Shown: one piece after another, positions 1 to 20,816 of the stretch
Position numbering within the stretch: position 1 is the stretch's first letter
Layout: each line of letters starts with the position of its first letter
Source of the DNA: Piromyces finnis finn
Taxonomy: Eukaryota > Fungi > Neocallimastigomycota
Length of the DNA stretch: 64,000 nt
Assembly (NCBI GenBank): GCA_002104945.1
Contig: MCFH01000064.1
Location: 186,001 to 250,000, forward strand
Direction of reading: 5' to 3'
Made by a program: the position numbers and the translations under genes
The notes under the pieces: generated by a model
Seen by the model: only the letters and a program-made list of their open reading frames with translations
Databases searched by the model: none
Told to the model about the DNA's origin: nothing

Positions 1-59
1 TTTTATTTCATCAAATTGGTTTCCAAACTTTTATAACCAAAAAAAAAAAAAGGTCTATA

Positions 60-690
60 GACAAAGGATAATTAGCATCTAACTGTTGTAAATTAATTAA
101 ATTATCAACTTCTTTTGATAAAATAATTAATTTATTGTTTTAAGATTTAATTATACTAAATTCCTATTTCGATTATCATTAAGATACAATCTTTTCAATT
201 TCGAAAGAGTTTCATTATTTCTAAATTCCTATTTCGATTATTATTAAGATATAATTTTTTCAATTTCGAAAGAGTTTCATTATTTCTAAGATATAAATCT
301 TCCGAATTTTAAATATTTCTTATGGAAATTATTTAACATTATTATTATTAATTAGTTAATTAAATCTAATTTACTAAATTTGTAAGGTTTCCTATTCCTT
401 TTGGTAAATTTATAATTTGAATTTCTTTAATACTTAAATACCACCAAATTTATTCAAATTTCCTATTTCTCTCTTGATAATTTGGTTATTCACTTTTTAT
501 CAAATATCAATTTTTTTTTAAATTATTTAATTTTCCTATATTTTTTGGTAACTTCGTTAACTTAATTTTCATGCGATTTAAATTAATTAAATTGTCTATA
601 CTTTCTGGTAACTAACTTTCTTAATATGTTACGTTTGAGTTTAAAAATTGATAAATTAATTAAATTGACTATATGCTCTGGTAATTCTTT
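60..690 (-). pseudogene. Decayed leucine-rich-repeat (LRR) gene fragment
   Basis: Minus-strand translation gives frameshifted LRR units: ELPEHIVNLINLSIFKLKRNILRKL, LPESIDNLINL, KLPKNIGKLNNLKK, LPKGIGNLTNL, LKKLYLNNNR. No long ORF survives. A ~65-bp tandem duplication lies at 158-287. Confidence 0.65.
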
Positions 691-739
691 TTAAAAGAAT
701 TTGCATTAAAAAAGTATAAAATAGGTTATAAAATGTATA

Positions 740-2200
740 AATTATTAAAAAAAGAAATAGGAAATTTAAAAAAATTACTATTTTTAAATTTTGAAGATGC
801 TTACTTTATTTCATCACTAAAAGAAATAAGATATCTAATTAATTAAACTAATTTAAATTTTGGAAATAATACACTAACTTCCCAAAAAAAAAGGAAACTT
901 AACAAAATTAACTAATTTAAATATTAAAGAAAATGTATTATAGTTAAATTTTCAAAAGTAAAGATTATTTAACCATAAATATTTAAATTTTAATACTTTC
1001 AAACTTTTTGATTTCCACAGTATTTCTAATAAAATAAAAAAAAAAACTTCATTTATTTTTACAATTTCTGTCCCTTCTTTTTTAATTATTATTTTGCTTA
1101 AATTTAAAAATGAGAGTTTTTTTTTTTGCATGAATATCAGTAAAATGATAATCTATAGCAATCTTTCATTGTCATTGTTTCTTATGTTATCCAATGAAAA
1201 TATGGATTGCATTATTCTTCCTCTATTTTGTAATTTAATTTATTTACTTTATTTTAAAAAAAATATTATAATTTTATAAATATGAACTACTTAGCCGCCT
1301 CATATAAGTATTTGACAATTAATAAAGTTAAAAAATGAATAATTTATTCAAAATTTTTATGGTAATAAAATTTTTAATATTAAATTTTATTAATAAAATT
1401 ATCAAAATATTAAAAATGAAGAAGTCCTGAAATAGATTTCTAAATTAATAAATTTAAATATTGAGAACTACGAGTAAACTGAATGATAACAAATTATAAT
1501 AAATTTATCAAACTACCGATAAAAATAACAAATTTAACAAAAATACAATTGAAGATAACAATGGATTACTAATGAGTTAATTAAAATACTAAAACGCCAA
1601 AAAATATAAGGTACTCAAGACAATAATGATTTAACTTAAATTTATCATCTCTGGATGTATTATTTCTCACTTTTACTTATATAAAAATTTATATTTGCTA
1701 ATTTTACAATTGTATCCAATGAACTAATTTAATTTTATTATTGAAAATTTTACAAATGTTAATAATATCCTTCTTTCCTGAAATTATAACTTAATTGGAT
1801 TACTAAAAAGATATAGTAATTCTCTAAAATAATGAAACGGTTAGTAAGAAAACTATTTGAAGATTTAACAAGTTTTTAAGTCGAAATTCCAACTCAATAA
1901 AGTAATTTTATTCTAAAATAAAATAATAAGTTATTTTGAAAAGATTTTATAATTTAAATAAATAGACAAAGAACTCAAATATTTAATATATAAATATTTA
2001 AATTTGTGTATAAGAAAAACTGAATGTCAAAAATAATCACTTGAAAGAATATTCATCCCTCGCAATTATATTGCAAATTTTAAAAATTAGTAATCTTGGT
2101 AGTAATTTTAAAAAATTCAATTCAGTAAATATGATTTAGGATACAATATTAATACTATCAACATTAGACACTACTGTTCCTTACAACTAGAAATAAATAA
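740..2200 (+). pseudogene. Second decayed LRR gene fragment, opposite orientation
   Basis: KEIGNLKKLLFLNF...KEIRYLIN*TNLNFGNNTLTS and GNLTKLTNLNIKEN at 750-930. Weaker LRR-like pieces continue to ~2200. The right boundary is uncertain. Confidence 0.5.
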
Positions 2201-4785
2201 TATATATATATAATAGTGTGAACTTTTAAAATTAAACGATCAAAAAAAAACTATTTAAAATGTAGTAATAATAAAGATTAATACAAAAGATTTAGAAACA
2301 TAGTTAGAAAAAAAAATAATGTATGAATATTGTATATATAAAGAAAAGAATATATCAAAAAAAATTTTAATTTTTAAGGTTAGTATTTAGTTGCATTTTG
2401 AGTTATTATAATTATTTTACTTTGATATGGCATAACTCTAATTTATGTAATAATTGTAATGATTGTGATATAAAGTTTATTTGAAATATTAGAATAAAGC
2501 GTAATAACACATCACATTATTGATTATTGACTCTATATATCAGTAATACCTCTATATTAATTGTTTGTTTTTAATTTGCATTTCAATAAAATTCTTTTTT
2601 TGCCATAGAATAATAATTAAAATAATAAAATTATTAATAAATAAAGTTTTTACAAAAATGTTTAAACCATTACACGTGATTTTAATATCATGTTAAATTA
2701 AAATTAAATTTTTTATAATTATCATTTTTTGATGTTTTGATGTTGAATAAAAAATATAAACATTAATACAAACTTACAAAAATAGTATTTCTGTCAAAGA
2801 TAATGATTAAAATAATTTATGCATCTTTTGTTGTATTGCTGTATTTATTGTTAATTTTTAGTTTTTATTTTAATTCTAATCTATTATATATGATACGCTT
2901 CACATCATGCCTACATTAACAATGAAAATGAAAAGATTTTTTTTAACAACATTGGTAACAACATTGGTAAAACAAAGATATAATTTAAGTAATTGGTGTG
3001 GTATTATTAATTGTGTCTTTTATTAGGAATATAAATTTAATAAACTTTTTTTTTTTAAATAGATTTATACCTTTAGAATCAACACTTCTTACCTTTTTTT
3101 TTTTTTTGAAAAGATGAATTCTATAAAAGCATTTTTTTGAAAAGAATCAATTAATAATATATTGTATTCATATATTTCTATTAAATCCATACTTAAAACT
3201 ATAGTGTTATTTTATATCCATTTTTTTTTTTTTTTTACTATTTTTAATATATATTTGATATACCAAGAAGTTAAAATAATATATATAATATTTTTATTTC
3301 TATATATTTAATATATAATATTAATTTATATACAAGGTATTATATAATTTGTATATACATTCCTTTTTAATTTATTTTATATTAAAAAATAAAATTATAT
3401 TGTTTAATATATTATTTATTATTCGTCTAATATATAAAATAGTTTTACAATTTATTTCTTATATATAACAATTCCTTTTAATAAAAACGTTTTTTATTAT
3501 AGAACTAAAAAAAAAAAAAGAATAAGTGTCAATAATAAAATAACATTGGCAGGCAGGTAGGTGAATGCGGTATTTTTTTTTTTTTTTTGAGATGAACTAT
3601 GAAGTAAATATTATATTAAAACAAATATAATAATTAAACTATCAAAATAGTAATATTTATAATCTATTATAATAAATTATTTTGTTTTGTTTTTGGATAA
3701 AAATATATCATAGATGATATATATATTAAACTATTTTATACTCTATTTACTTTAAAAAATTATTATCATTTAAAATTAATCATCAAATTTATAATAATTA
3801 TAAAATTTCATAATTTTAATATTATTGAATATTTATGTATAAAAAATTTTATTTATTGAAAATTTTATGATTAAAATATTTTCCATAAAAAATTATTAAT
3901 ATCCTATAATTATTTATTAATTATAATAATTTATTTTCTTGTGTTTAAAATTTTTTTTTTTTATAATATTTATTGTAAATAATAAAGTGTTTATTTTTCT
4001 TTAGCTTAAACCTCGGTCTTTGCTTTTGATAAATATAAACATTTATATAATTGTTTTTTCATTTATAATAAATATATATTGCATTTCTATTAAAAAACAA
4101 TTATAAATAAAATTAATCTTCAATCAAAAACTATAAATATAAATAAATATTTATTATATTTAATAAATTTTACTTGATTTTTAATTGAACCTTTTAATAG
4201 TATCATAAAAAGGAAAAGAAGAAGAAAGTTTACCAATAATAATATTATTTTATATCAAATAGTTCAATTAACAAATAATAAATATACAAATTAAAATAAA
4301 AATATTATTATCCATAAAAAAATAATAATAACAAAATAAAAATATATCAAACAATTAAAACTCCAAATTTTTTTTTTTAAAAAAAAAAAATAAAAAAAAA
4401 AAAGCGAAAAGAAAATAACATACTAAAGCATAAACAAAATATAAAAACAAATAATATATATACATAAAAATAAAATTCATTTTAAATTTTTAAATTAAAT
4501 AAAAATACAATATATTCACCATTATAAAATTAATGTAATATATAAATATTTTTAACTAAATACAACATAAACTCAGTGTTTTTAAATAAAATAAAATAAA
4601 AAATACATTTTTTACTTAATTAATAATAGAAAGTAAGTGTAATAGTTCGTAATTTTTTAATAAAAAATATAAACACAAAAACTTTATATTATATATTTAT
4701 AATATAAATAATAAATAAATATGTAAATATGTAAATAAATGTACTAGACATTTAAATATTATCTTAATAACAAAGAAATTAATTT

Positions 4786-4789
<4 letters not shown>

Positions 4790-4831
<42 letters not shown>

Positions 4832-4842
4832 TAATAATAATA
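4790..4842 (+). repeat. (AAT)n microsatellite upstream of the RasGAP start
   Basis: Direct reading of the sequence. Confidence 0.9.
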
Positions 4843-4885
4843 TAAACTATCGGTTAAATATATAAATATAATAGAAAAAAACAAA

Positions 4886-7800
4886 ATGATAGAATCAAGA
4901 AGAGATCCAAATCAATTAAAAGCAAATCGTTATCAATCTTTAAGAAATTATCAACCATCAAATATTGCAAAGGCTGCTTATAAGGCAGCAGCTTTTGGTG
5001 TTCCTTTAGGTAACAGTGGAAATGCCAAGATTGACAAACGTTATTCTGTTGCATCATTATGGTCTATGGTTGCTGAAAATGATGTTGAAGTTGATGATGA
5101 ACTTACTAAAGGTACTACAATAATATTTAATAATATTTGTAGTTATTTAATTCGGAAAAATAATAAATATAAATAGAATTGAAAAATTAGTTATTTTATT
5201 ACACTATAGAATTGAAAGATTAGTTATGTTTTTTTACTAAGAATATCATATGATAATATGATAATAATAAATAAATAGCTCAACGTAAGCTTCGTGATTT
5301 AAAAGCAAGAATTTCAGCACAATCCAAAAGAAACTTTACTTTAGAAAGAGATGTAAGATACTTAGATAGTCGTATTGCATTATTAATTCAAAATAGAATG
5401 GCATTAGATGAAGTAAGTTCTTCTAAAATAATATTAAATATTATATTCTTTTCTTCACTTTAACAGATATATAATTAGTAAGCAATATATTTATCTATCG
5501 TTAACTAATAAATATTTAATTAAATAAAAAAAAATTTGAATATTTCGAATATTTTTTATTTAAAAAGCAACAAGAAGTTGCAAGTCACTTAGATGAAATT
5601 GATAATACTGTTGGTACTATACCAGATGATCGTAAAAGACAATCCTATGGTAATTTATTCTTTATGTTGCAATCTGAACCAAAACACATTGCTAGTCTTG
5701 CACGTTTAGTTTCTTTATCCGAAATTGATACACTTTTGCAAACAGTTATGTTTACTATATATGGTAATCAATATGAATCTCGTGAAGAACATCTTCTTTT
5801 AACTATGTTCCAAAATGTTTTAGCTGCACAATTCGATTCTTCTACTGATTTCGGTAGTTTGTTACGTGCTAATACACCAGTTTCTAGAATGATGACCACA
5901 TATACTCGTCGTGGTCCAGGTCAAACCTACTTAAAGAATGTTTTATCCGAAAGAATTAATAATTTAATTGATCATAAAGATCTAGATTTGGAAATTAATC
6001 CTTTAAAGGTTTACGAACAAATGATTAAAGATATTGAAGAAGAAACTGGAAAGCCATGTGATTTACCAAAAGGTATTACCCAAGAAGCTGCTCAAGAAAA
6101 TGCTGATGTTCAAGCTATTATTGCTCCAAGATTAAATATGTTGATGGAAATCACAGGTTCATTCCTCTCTACTATTATTGCATCCATTAATCAAGTTCCA
6201 TATGGTATTCGTTGGATATGTAAACAAATTCGTTCTTTAACAAAGGTAAATATATATTAGTTTATAAGAATTGATTAATCCTGCAGTTAATTAAAATGTA
6301 GCCCTCGAAAATACATATTTTGATTTTATATTATAAAATGTTTAATAGTATAAAAATAAGTGGATTTTTTTATTGATTACATTTTTTATTTTAAATTGGT
6401 ATATTTTATTCATTAAATAGAGAAAATATCCAGATGCTACAGATTTCAATATTTGTTCTTTAATTGGTGGTTTCTTTTTCTTAAGATTTGTTAATCCAGC
6501 TATTGTTACTCCACAAGCATATATGTTAGTTGATTCTAATCCATCACCTAATCCACGTCGTACCTTGACTTTAGTAAGTTTTAATAGGAAGAAAATGAAA
6601 TTATAATAATAGAATAATATTAATATATTTTACATTTTATTAATTCGTTTTATTGCATGATTATCAATTTAAAAAGGTTGCTAAATTATTACAAAATCTT
6701 GCTAACAAACCAACTTACTCAAAGGAAGGTTATATGCTTTCTCTTAATCCATTTGTTGAACAAAATAAAACTAAAATTAATAAATTCTTAAATGATTTAT
6801 GTGAAGTTGGTGATTTCTATGAATCCTTAGAAGTACGTATATTAGAATAAAATATTAAATTTGTTATTTTAAGAATTTCAAAAAATAGTAATGTATTAGT
6901 ACATGAAAAAGAATACTTAAATCATTCGTTTTTTATATAAATATTTACTATTTAAAAATTTTATACCAATTATTAGATGGATCAATATATTGCTTTATCA
7001 AAGAAAGAACTTGAATTAAACATTACCTTGAATGAAATTTATAATACACATTCATTACTTCTTCAACACGCTGAAGTTTTAGTAATTATTAATTATTATT
7101 ATTTATATAAAAAAAAAAAAAAAAAGAAATCAAAGGAATATACTAATATTATTTTTTTTCTTCTAAATATAAAGTGTCCAAATGAAGATGATCATCTTAA
7201 TATTATCTTAAAGGAACTCGGTACTCCACCACCACAAGTTCCAAGAAAAGAAAATAAATCAATTATATTACCACTCTTCAGTAGATGGGAAACTCTAATT
7301 GCCGGTAATTATTAAAACTCTTTATCGCTAATTATTAGATATATATTATTAAAATAAAAACACTGATGTTCTCTAATTAATTAATAAATGCTATATTATA
7401 TTTAAAGATAATCCATCTATGTTAGCTGATAGTCAATTGACTCAAGGTGATGTTTTATATATGGATACCAAAGCATTAATGGTTCAAATTGTTAGAACTA
7501 TGCCATCATTAGCAAAAGAAAAACCATTAAACTTAAAGCGTATCGCAGAAGCTGCTGCTACTAGTCATGATGCTACATTAGTTAGAAAAGGTATCAAGGT
7601 ACGTGATATGCTTTTCCAATTAGAAGAAATTGGAGTATCTGATTCTAAACATGAATTTATGGCTAATGAAGTAGCTCAAGAAATTATATACTTGGGTAGT
7701 TTAAAGGATAAAGTTATGAAAGAAATTAAATCCTTAGAAGTTGTATTTAAGGTAATTAATAAATATAATTTAAAAATATACTTAATTTTCTATTTCAATT

Positions 7801-8451
7801 AACTAATTAAAAAATATTTAAATATTATAAAATTTTAATTTTAATAATATGAATTTCAAATAGACTATTTGTGATCATAATAACTACTTACGTTCACAAT
7901 TAGAATCTTACAAAGCATATCTTCAAAATGTTAGAACTCAATCAGGAACACAGGTTATTAAAGGAAAAGAAAAGAAAAGCAAACAAGGACATGTGTTCGG
8001 ACCAATTAAATATACACATTCACAGTTGGAAAAAGAAGGTATTATTGTTGAAAGTAATGTACCAGAGAATAGAAGAAGTAATATATTCTTTAATATATCA
8101 TCACCAATACCAGGTTCATTTGTTATTGAATTATATTATAAAGGTATATAGCATTTCCTCTTTTTTTTTTTTTTTTTTTTTTTAATATAAATATTATAGA
8201 TTTTAATGAAATTATCAATTTCGCTTTTAAAATGAATTTTATCCTTTTCTAATATTAATATATTAAAAATTTTATTATTTAAAAATGCATAATATGTAGG
8301 TAGAGAAAAGCCAATTCTTGAAATGGATTTAAAATTGGATGATTTATTGGAAAAACAACAAATGGGCATTCAATTATTAGATTTAGAATATGTTCGTTTG
8401 AATGTTAATAGAGTTATATATTTACTTAATAAGCAATTCTTAAAACGTTAA
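4886..8451 (+). CDS. gap1: Ras GTPase-activating protein, Gap1/Sar1 (RasGAP + RasGAP_C) type; 10 exons, ~785 aa
   Basis: Exons 4886-5111, 5279-5412, 5568-6245, 6421-6573, 6677-6832, 6977-7081, 7175-7304, 7408-7751, 7864-8143 and 8300-8451 join in frame over GT-AG introns. Motifs [54 protein letters not shown] and [16 protein letters not shown] match fission-yeast Gap1/Sar1 as recalled. Confidence 0.93.
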
Positions 8452-8874
8452 AGAAAATACATTTTTATATATTATTACTTCATATCATTTTTATTCAGTA
8501 TATATATATACAAATTTATTTTTCAGCATCTTTTTTTTTTTTTTTTTACCCTTTTTATTTTCTCTTTTTTTTTTTTTTAAATTATTATATTTTTTTCAAG
8601 TATAGATATGAAAAGATTATATACAATTTTAATAGAAGTCTAATTAGATAAATAAAATGCATTAAAGAAAAACAAAAAAAGGGTAAAAATAATATTAAAA
8701 AAAGGAAATTTTAAAGTATTATCCTTAAAAAATGTTAAATATAAATAAAAAATGTATTAATAATTAAAAATTAGAAAAAAGATAGTAATTTAAAAAATAT
8801 AATTTTTTCAATATTAAAAATATACATATATATATTAATATACAGAACTTATAAGATATAATAATAATTCAAGT

Positions 8875-8909
<35 letters not shown>

Positions 8910-9501
8910 CAATAAAAAAAAACGTATTTCATATTTTATTAAATAAATATTAAAACATTATATGTGTTTATATACTTTATTTAAATGCTTTAATTTATTA
9001 AGAAAAAAAAAGGTGGATGTAAATTTTAGTTTTACAAAAAAAGTAAATCTGAAATATATTATTAGAAAATATTTTTAAATATTAATACATTAATTTGTGT
9101 CATATTTAAAATTTCATTTAATATATAGTTTTTAAACTATATAATGTGGTACTTTTTCTTTAAAAAAATAAATGATAAAACCTTTTTTAATTTTTATTTT
9201 ATTAAAACTTTTACATTTTAAATAACTATTAAAGTTTAATCAAAAATAACCCACATTTAATTAATTGAATGAAAAATAATTTAATTTTATACATAGGAAG
9301 GATAATACCTATTTTTATAATTAATTTTCACTTATTAATTTTTATAGTTCATAATACAACTTTATTCATTAAAGAATATATTTGTATGTATATATTTATT
9401 CATTTATAAAAAAGTAGTGAGTAGTATCGTCCTTAGCGATTTTAAATAATAAATATATTAAATAATAATTATTATAGTATTAAAGTTCTCAAAAAAATAA
9501 A

Positions 9502-9532
<31 letters not shown>

Positions 9533-9772
9533 TTTTTGTAGTTTCCTTTACTCAATATTATAATTCATCAGTTATTTTAACTTTATAATTTTAAAACAGC
9601 ATTTTTTTTTAATGTTAAGTTATTTATCGTTCTTTATATAATAATACTTTCATAACAATATTTTTTTTTTTATTTTATTTTATTCTTGTAAAAAGTGAAT
9701 ATCAATAATTTGTATATTATTAGTTCTTTTTTTATTTAAAAAAAAAATATAAGATAAAATATAAAAATACCA

Positions 9773-11018
9773 ATGACTTCAATACAAAAATCTAACACAA
9801 TGGATGAAAATGAGGCAGGATCCTCTACATCCATAAATATACCAATTTATAATGTTAGACAAGAAATGCAAAGAAATAATACTATTCGAAAAAATAATAC
9901 TATTCGAAAAAGTAGTACTGTCCGAAAAAATGGGGCTAATTCTAATTTTAATAATCTTAATGAGGTGATAGCTAATAACTATCAAAATAACTTTTCGAAT
10001 CTAGACCCAAATGATTTTATGTATTACCAACAATTTCTATTAAATAATTATAAGGATGAACAACAACAAGCTAAAGAATTAATCGAAAAAATAAATAATG
10101 ATATTGATTTAAGTAATGTTACCCTTTCAGAGGAAAATGAAACCTCAAAAAATAATGTAAAAGGAAATAGTGGACAATTAAAAAATAAAAGTAAAAAAAA
10201 TGATGATGATGATAATTGTTGTTGCTGTAAATGTTGTGGTATAGTTTCATGTATAGTGATTTTTATATTCATGGTATGTATATTAGGATTATTTGGATTC
10301 CTTTTTTATCCAAGAATACCTTCAATTATTGTTAATAAAGTCGAAATAAATAATATTACATCAATTCTCACTACACTTCAAACTTACAATAATTATAATA
10401 AAGACATTCAACAAGTTTTTCCTTTACAAAATTTAGATTTAACTTTTGATTTCAATGTTACTTTTTCTTTTAAAAGTATTAATCCATATAATTTTACATT
10501 TACAAATGTTGAAATCGAGGTAAATATACATATATTTTTATTTTTATATTTATATATATATATTATAATTATAAAAGTAAGATAGCGAGGAATGATAAAT
10601 AAATCTAATGAATATGAAATTTTTTTTTAAAAAAAAAAAAAAAAAAATCAATTTTAATTCTTTATATATATTATATATTTAATATTATTTATACAAATAG
10701 TTAATTTATCCTGGTACCTATGTAACCCCAAGATTCCATATTGCGAGAGGTTACAGTGATAATCTCTTAATTGCTAGTAGTAAAGTTACAAATGTAACAA
10801 TACCATTTACAGGAGTTATCAATTTCCAAAATATACTATCTAAAGGGTATTTCTATAATATCTTTTCATCTTGTACTTGGGATACTAATTTTAAAGGAAA
10901 TACAAAAATTTTTGGTATTTTTAAAAATTATTTAATATTTAATTATTCTAAACGTCTAACAAGAACATGTATTATAGAAGAAATATTAACAGAATTTCAA
11001 AAACTGAATAAGTCTTAG
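9773..11018 (+). CDS. Type II membrane protein (~354 aa): Cys cluster, one TM helix, LEA_2/NDR1-HIN1-like luminal domain
   Basis: Exons 9773-10519 and 10701-11018 join in phase 0. CCCCKCC precedes a hydrophobic helix, followed by PRIPSIIV...FKSINPYNFTF and many N-x-S/T sites. The domain call is pattern recognition only. Confidence 0.7.
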
Positions 11019-11834
11019 ATTTTTTTATACTTTAAACTTTAAAAAAATTAAATCCATACATCAACTAACCAATATATATATATATATAAAAATTAAATAT
11101 ATATATATATTAATAATTTACTATCTTATAAAAAAAACTTTTTTCTTATTTAAAATTAATTTATTTCATTCACACATTAATTATTATTAAAATCACTATT
11201 ACAATAATAATAATTATATATTATTTATAGATATTAAATATGCTCAACTATCTTTTTTTAAAAAAAAAAATGTATAATAATCTCTTTTAATAGTAAATAC
11301 ATATGTATATTCAAATTTAATAGGTTTATTTTTTATTCTTGATTTTGGTATTTTGTATTAATCAATAATATAATTATTATAAAATGTTATTATTTCCTTC
11401 ATTCTATAAATTAAATTTTAAAAATTGGGAAAATAGAAAAAAAAAAAGTTATAAATAGGTTGAAAAATAGTTAAACAAATAAATATAATAAAATGCTTTA
11501 AAAGTGGTATAAATTAATACTAAAGTATATTAATTAATTTTGATATTGAAAACTTAAAAATAAATATAAAACAATAAAAAATAAATAAATAAATAAATAA
11601 ATAGAAAAATAAAAAAATATTATCATTATATTTTATATTTTTTATATGACTTATTAAAAAAAATGAAAAAATAGTTATCTATAGCATCTTCTATTGGTTA
11701 ATAAGTAATATGAATGATGATGATGATGGTATCAGTTTAATAAATTAAACTAATTATAATATATATTATTCAATGGTATTATATAAGTAATATCATCAAA
11801 AAAAAAAAAAATAGTTATTTATTTCTACTTTGAA

Positions 11835-17589
<5,755 letters not shown>

Positions 17590-18968
17590 TAATATTTATT
17601 CTTATTTAATAAATGTTTTATTTTTACTATTGTTATTATTTTATTTTTATTTATTTTTTTTTTTTTTTTAATTTTTATTATTTAAAAAAAAATAAGATTT
17701 CCCTATAAAATAAAACATTCAAATTTAAACTATTAATTTTAATTTAATTATACATTAATAAAATATTATTGAAAAAATATTTTATGAATTATTTTAATTT
17801 TGTTATTGTTGTTGTTATTATTACTATTATTATAATAATTATATTTTAGAATTTATATTTATATTATTCATTTTTAATAATTAATATTATTAAAATAGTA
17901 AATTTCAGTTAGTAAGGTTTTATAATTAAATATAAAATATTACTTTTGGGTTTGATTCTTTTTAATAATAATTAGAATAGTATGTATTTATGTGTATATT
18001 AAAATAAATTAAATTATATTTTATATATGATTTATATGATTTAAAATTATAATAAACTATAATTAGAATTTATCTTTGAATAATTTGTCCTACATATATA
18101 TATATAATTTAAATTTAATTATTACTATTACTTTTGAAAGAAAACAATAAAAACTTATTCATTTTAGCAAGTATTTTTAATTTTGTTTCATACCTTTCAA
18201 TCTCATTTAAGCAGTTTACTTTTGGAAATAAGATTATTTTTAATATAATAAAATAAGGGATACTACCTAATCATTTTGATTCAATATTAATATTTTTAGA
18301 ATCATTATTAGATTGATTTATAAAATCTTATAATAAACACTATTTTGCTTTTATTATTAATTTATTTATTTACAGTTTTTAAATTGTGATGATAAAAGCA
18401 AAAAAGGTGTATAATTTTTATATAAAATTAAATGTATTTATAAATAAATTATTATTACGTATAAAAAACATACATTTATATATATTTAATATTTAACAAT
18501 ATTAAATGTCATCAACCATAATAAAAAAACGTATTGATGTATTTCCATTATTATGATAATGCCCCCTAAGATTCAAATTAGAATTTGAATATATGTTTTT
18601 TTTTTTAAGTATTTTATTATACTAAATAAATTTTTATATTTTTAAGATATGTTTTTTTTATAGTAATGATTTATTATTAAATATATATAAGTCTTTCTTT
18701 AGTTCAATATAAAATTAATAAAATCTTTTTTTTATTTCTGTTTTATTTTCATTAAATATATAGATTTATTCCTTTTTCTCAAAATGTATTACACTTTTAA
18801 AAAAGATTTTAATTATTTTTCGAAAAATGGTTTACATACCAGTTTTACTTAACTTTTTTTTTCAATTTACAAAATAACAATAATAAAATATTATTATATA
18901 TATTATAAAAAGTATATTTTTCGTTTAAAAAAAAATGTGTAACATATATATCAATATTTCTTTTCATC

Positions 18969-18970
<2 letters not shown>

Positions 18971-19013
<43 letters not shown>

Positions 19014-19545
19014 TTCCGAGTGCATTTCTCCCATCGATCAGAGTTAGCTCCAATGGTGGTTCTTAGAGAAACGTTGGCTCATTCCTATTGCTAGGTGGTT
19101 GTGACCCTCCTGGTCTGTCATACTGTTTCTTCAGCTTCGACGCTCACTTAATCCATGTACATTAGATGCATGTCGTTGTACGATATTTCACAACTACAAT
19201 GCTAAGCCTCTTATAGTCAATTTGATCACGTGTCAACCGCCCCCTAATGTTTACACTTAAATTGATTAAGGAATATTATGTGTTTTTGGCATAGCCTAAG
19301 TCACCACTTATTAAGTTCTAATTTGGAATGTACCATGTACACTAGACCCTCTCAGGCCGGCTAGACGAGTGTTATTATCATAGTAGTAAATTAGAAAGTT
19401 CATTTATACTTACCTGAATATCATAACCCAACCCATGGCAAACCCAGTGGGAAAATCCACAGGCACTGACATCTGCGGGGTCGAACCAGAAGCCTTATGT
19501 ATGCTAAGGAAACGCCTTAACAACCAGGATAAAAACTGGAACGAC
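18971..19545 (-). mobile_element. tRNA-headed SINE-like retroposon: 535-nt body plus 40-nt polyA, 12-bp TSD
   Basis: TCTTTTCATCTA occurs at 18959-18970 and 19546-19557. T40 at 18971-19010 is the polyA on the minus strand. The body is GC-elevated and non-coding. The minus-strand head reads TGGTTGTTAAGGCG...GGTTCGACCCC (D-loop-like segment and B box). Confidence 0.85.
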
Positions 19546-20816
19546 TCTTTTCATCTAAATCAGAAAAAAAAACATATTAAAATTATACTAATATTAGTAT
19601 TTAAAGTTAATAATTATATGTACAATGTAACAAACATTATTGAATAACTAACTTTATGAAAATAAATTTATTTTCTTAAACATTATTTTTACTTCTTCTA
19701 TGATATTAAAGTAATAATAATATAGACTAAAAAATATGTATTGTTTTAATTTAATATTTGTTAATATAAGTTATTATATGAATCCTTTTTAAAGAAAAAT
19801 AGTATATTTTTATATTATATTTTATTATTATGTATCTATTTATATTTTAAATACTTTAAATATCTTTAATTTTTTTTTAATATATAATTATTAAACATCA
19901 ATTTCTATTATAAAAATAAAATTATTAATATTTATAATAAAATTTCTTGTTGTTTGATAAAATATTGGTAAAATTATTTTAATATAAGCCAGTTTTTTTT
20001 TTTTTTTTGCTTTATTTTTAAAGGAAAAAAAAAGTATATAGAGATTTATATTATAATATTATTATAAATAACACAGAAATTAGTGTTATTGAAAAAAATA
20101 AAAATAAATATTAAAAGAGTTGTTAAATAAGGCATATTATTTCATTAAATTTCTTATACTTTTTTTGAAATAAAAAAGGTCTATATACTTTTTTATTGTG
20201 TTTTTTCATTAGCTATAGATTTATAACAAAAAAATTATTAAATAACTTTTTTAATATAAATTCGAAAATTCATTAACAAAACTTTTATTTTTATGAAATA
20301 TCTTCTATATCTATCTTTTTATTAGAGTGAATAAATAATGAAAAAAGGCTTTATTAATATTAATTACATAATCTCATAATCTCATAATATAATATATATA
20401 ATGTAGTATAAAAATTTTGAGATTTATTACTCCAAATATTTGAATCTCAGAATTAAAATTTAATTTAATCTATAACATAACCCTTAACATAATATTGAAA
20501 ATAAAATTAAAAATATTTATAATGTAAAAATACTTAGTATTATTTCTGTGAACATTTATGGACACATAATTTTATTTATCTATATCATATATTTATTACA
20601 CACGTGACTATTTTATAAAAACATAAACATGTATTAAAAGTGTTGTAAACGTAATGTCTACGTGTTGTAGAGAAAGTTATTTTTTATTTATTTTATTTTA
20701 TTTTTTATGGTCACATGACCTTACATCTCATTATATAACTGTAATATTTACAATGTAACTTTTTCTCTTTGTTAACCTTATTAATAAAATTATTTATTAA
20801 TTAAATTTATTTCACA

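Noticed and set aside
158-287. 65-bp tandem repeat as a CRISPR-like array
   Set aside because: Only two abutting copies with no spacer; it is explained as a duplicated LRR unit.
19465-19545. Functional tRNA genes here, at 26821-26884, or in the LTR cassettes
   Set aside because: None forms an intact acceptor stem and T stem, so they are recorded as tRNA-derived only.
19435-19647. 70-aa ORF over the SINE head (and the 91-aa ORF at 26741-27016)
   Set aside because: Antisense to tRNA-like sequence, runs across element boundaries or polyA, and has no protein features.
20025-20194. 15-bp inverted repeat AAAAAAGTATATAGA as MITE ends
   Set aside because: Low complexity in very AT-rich DNA, and no TSD found.
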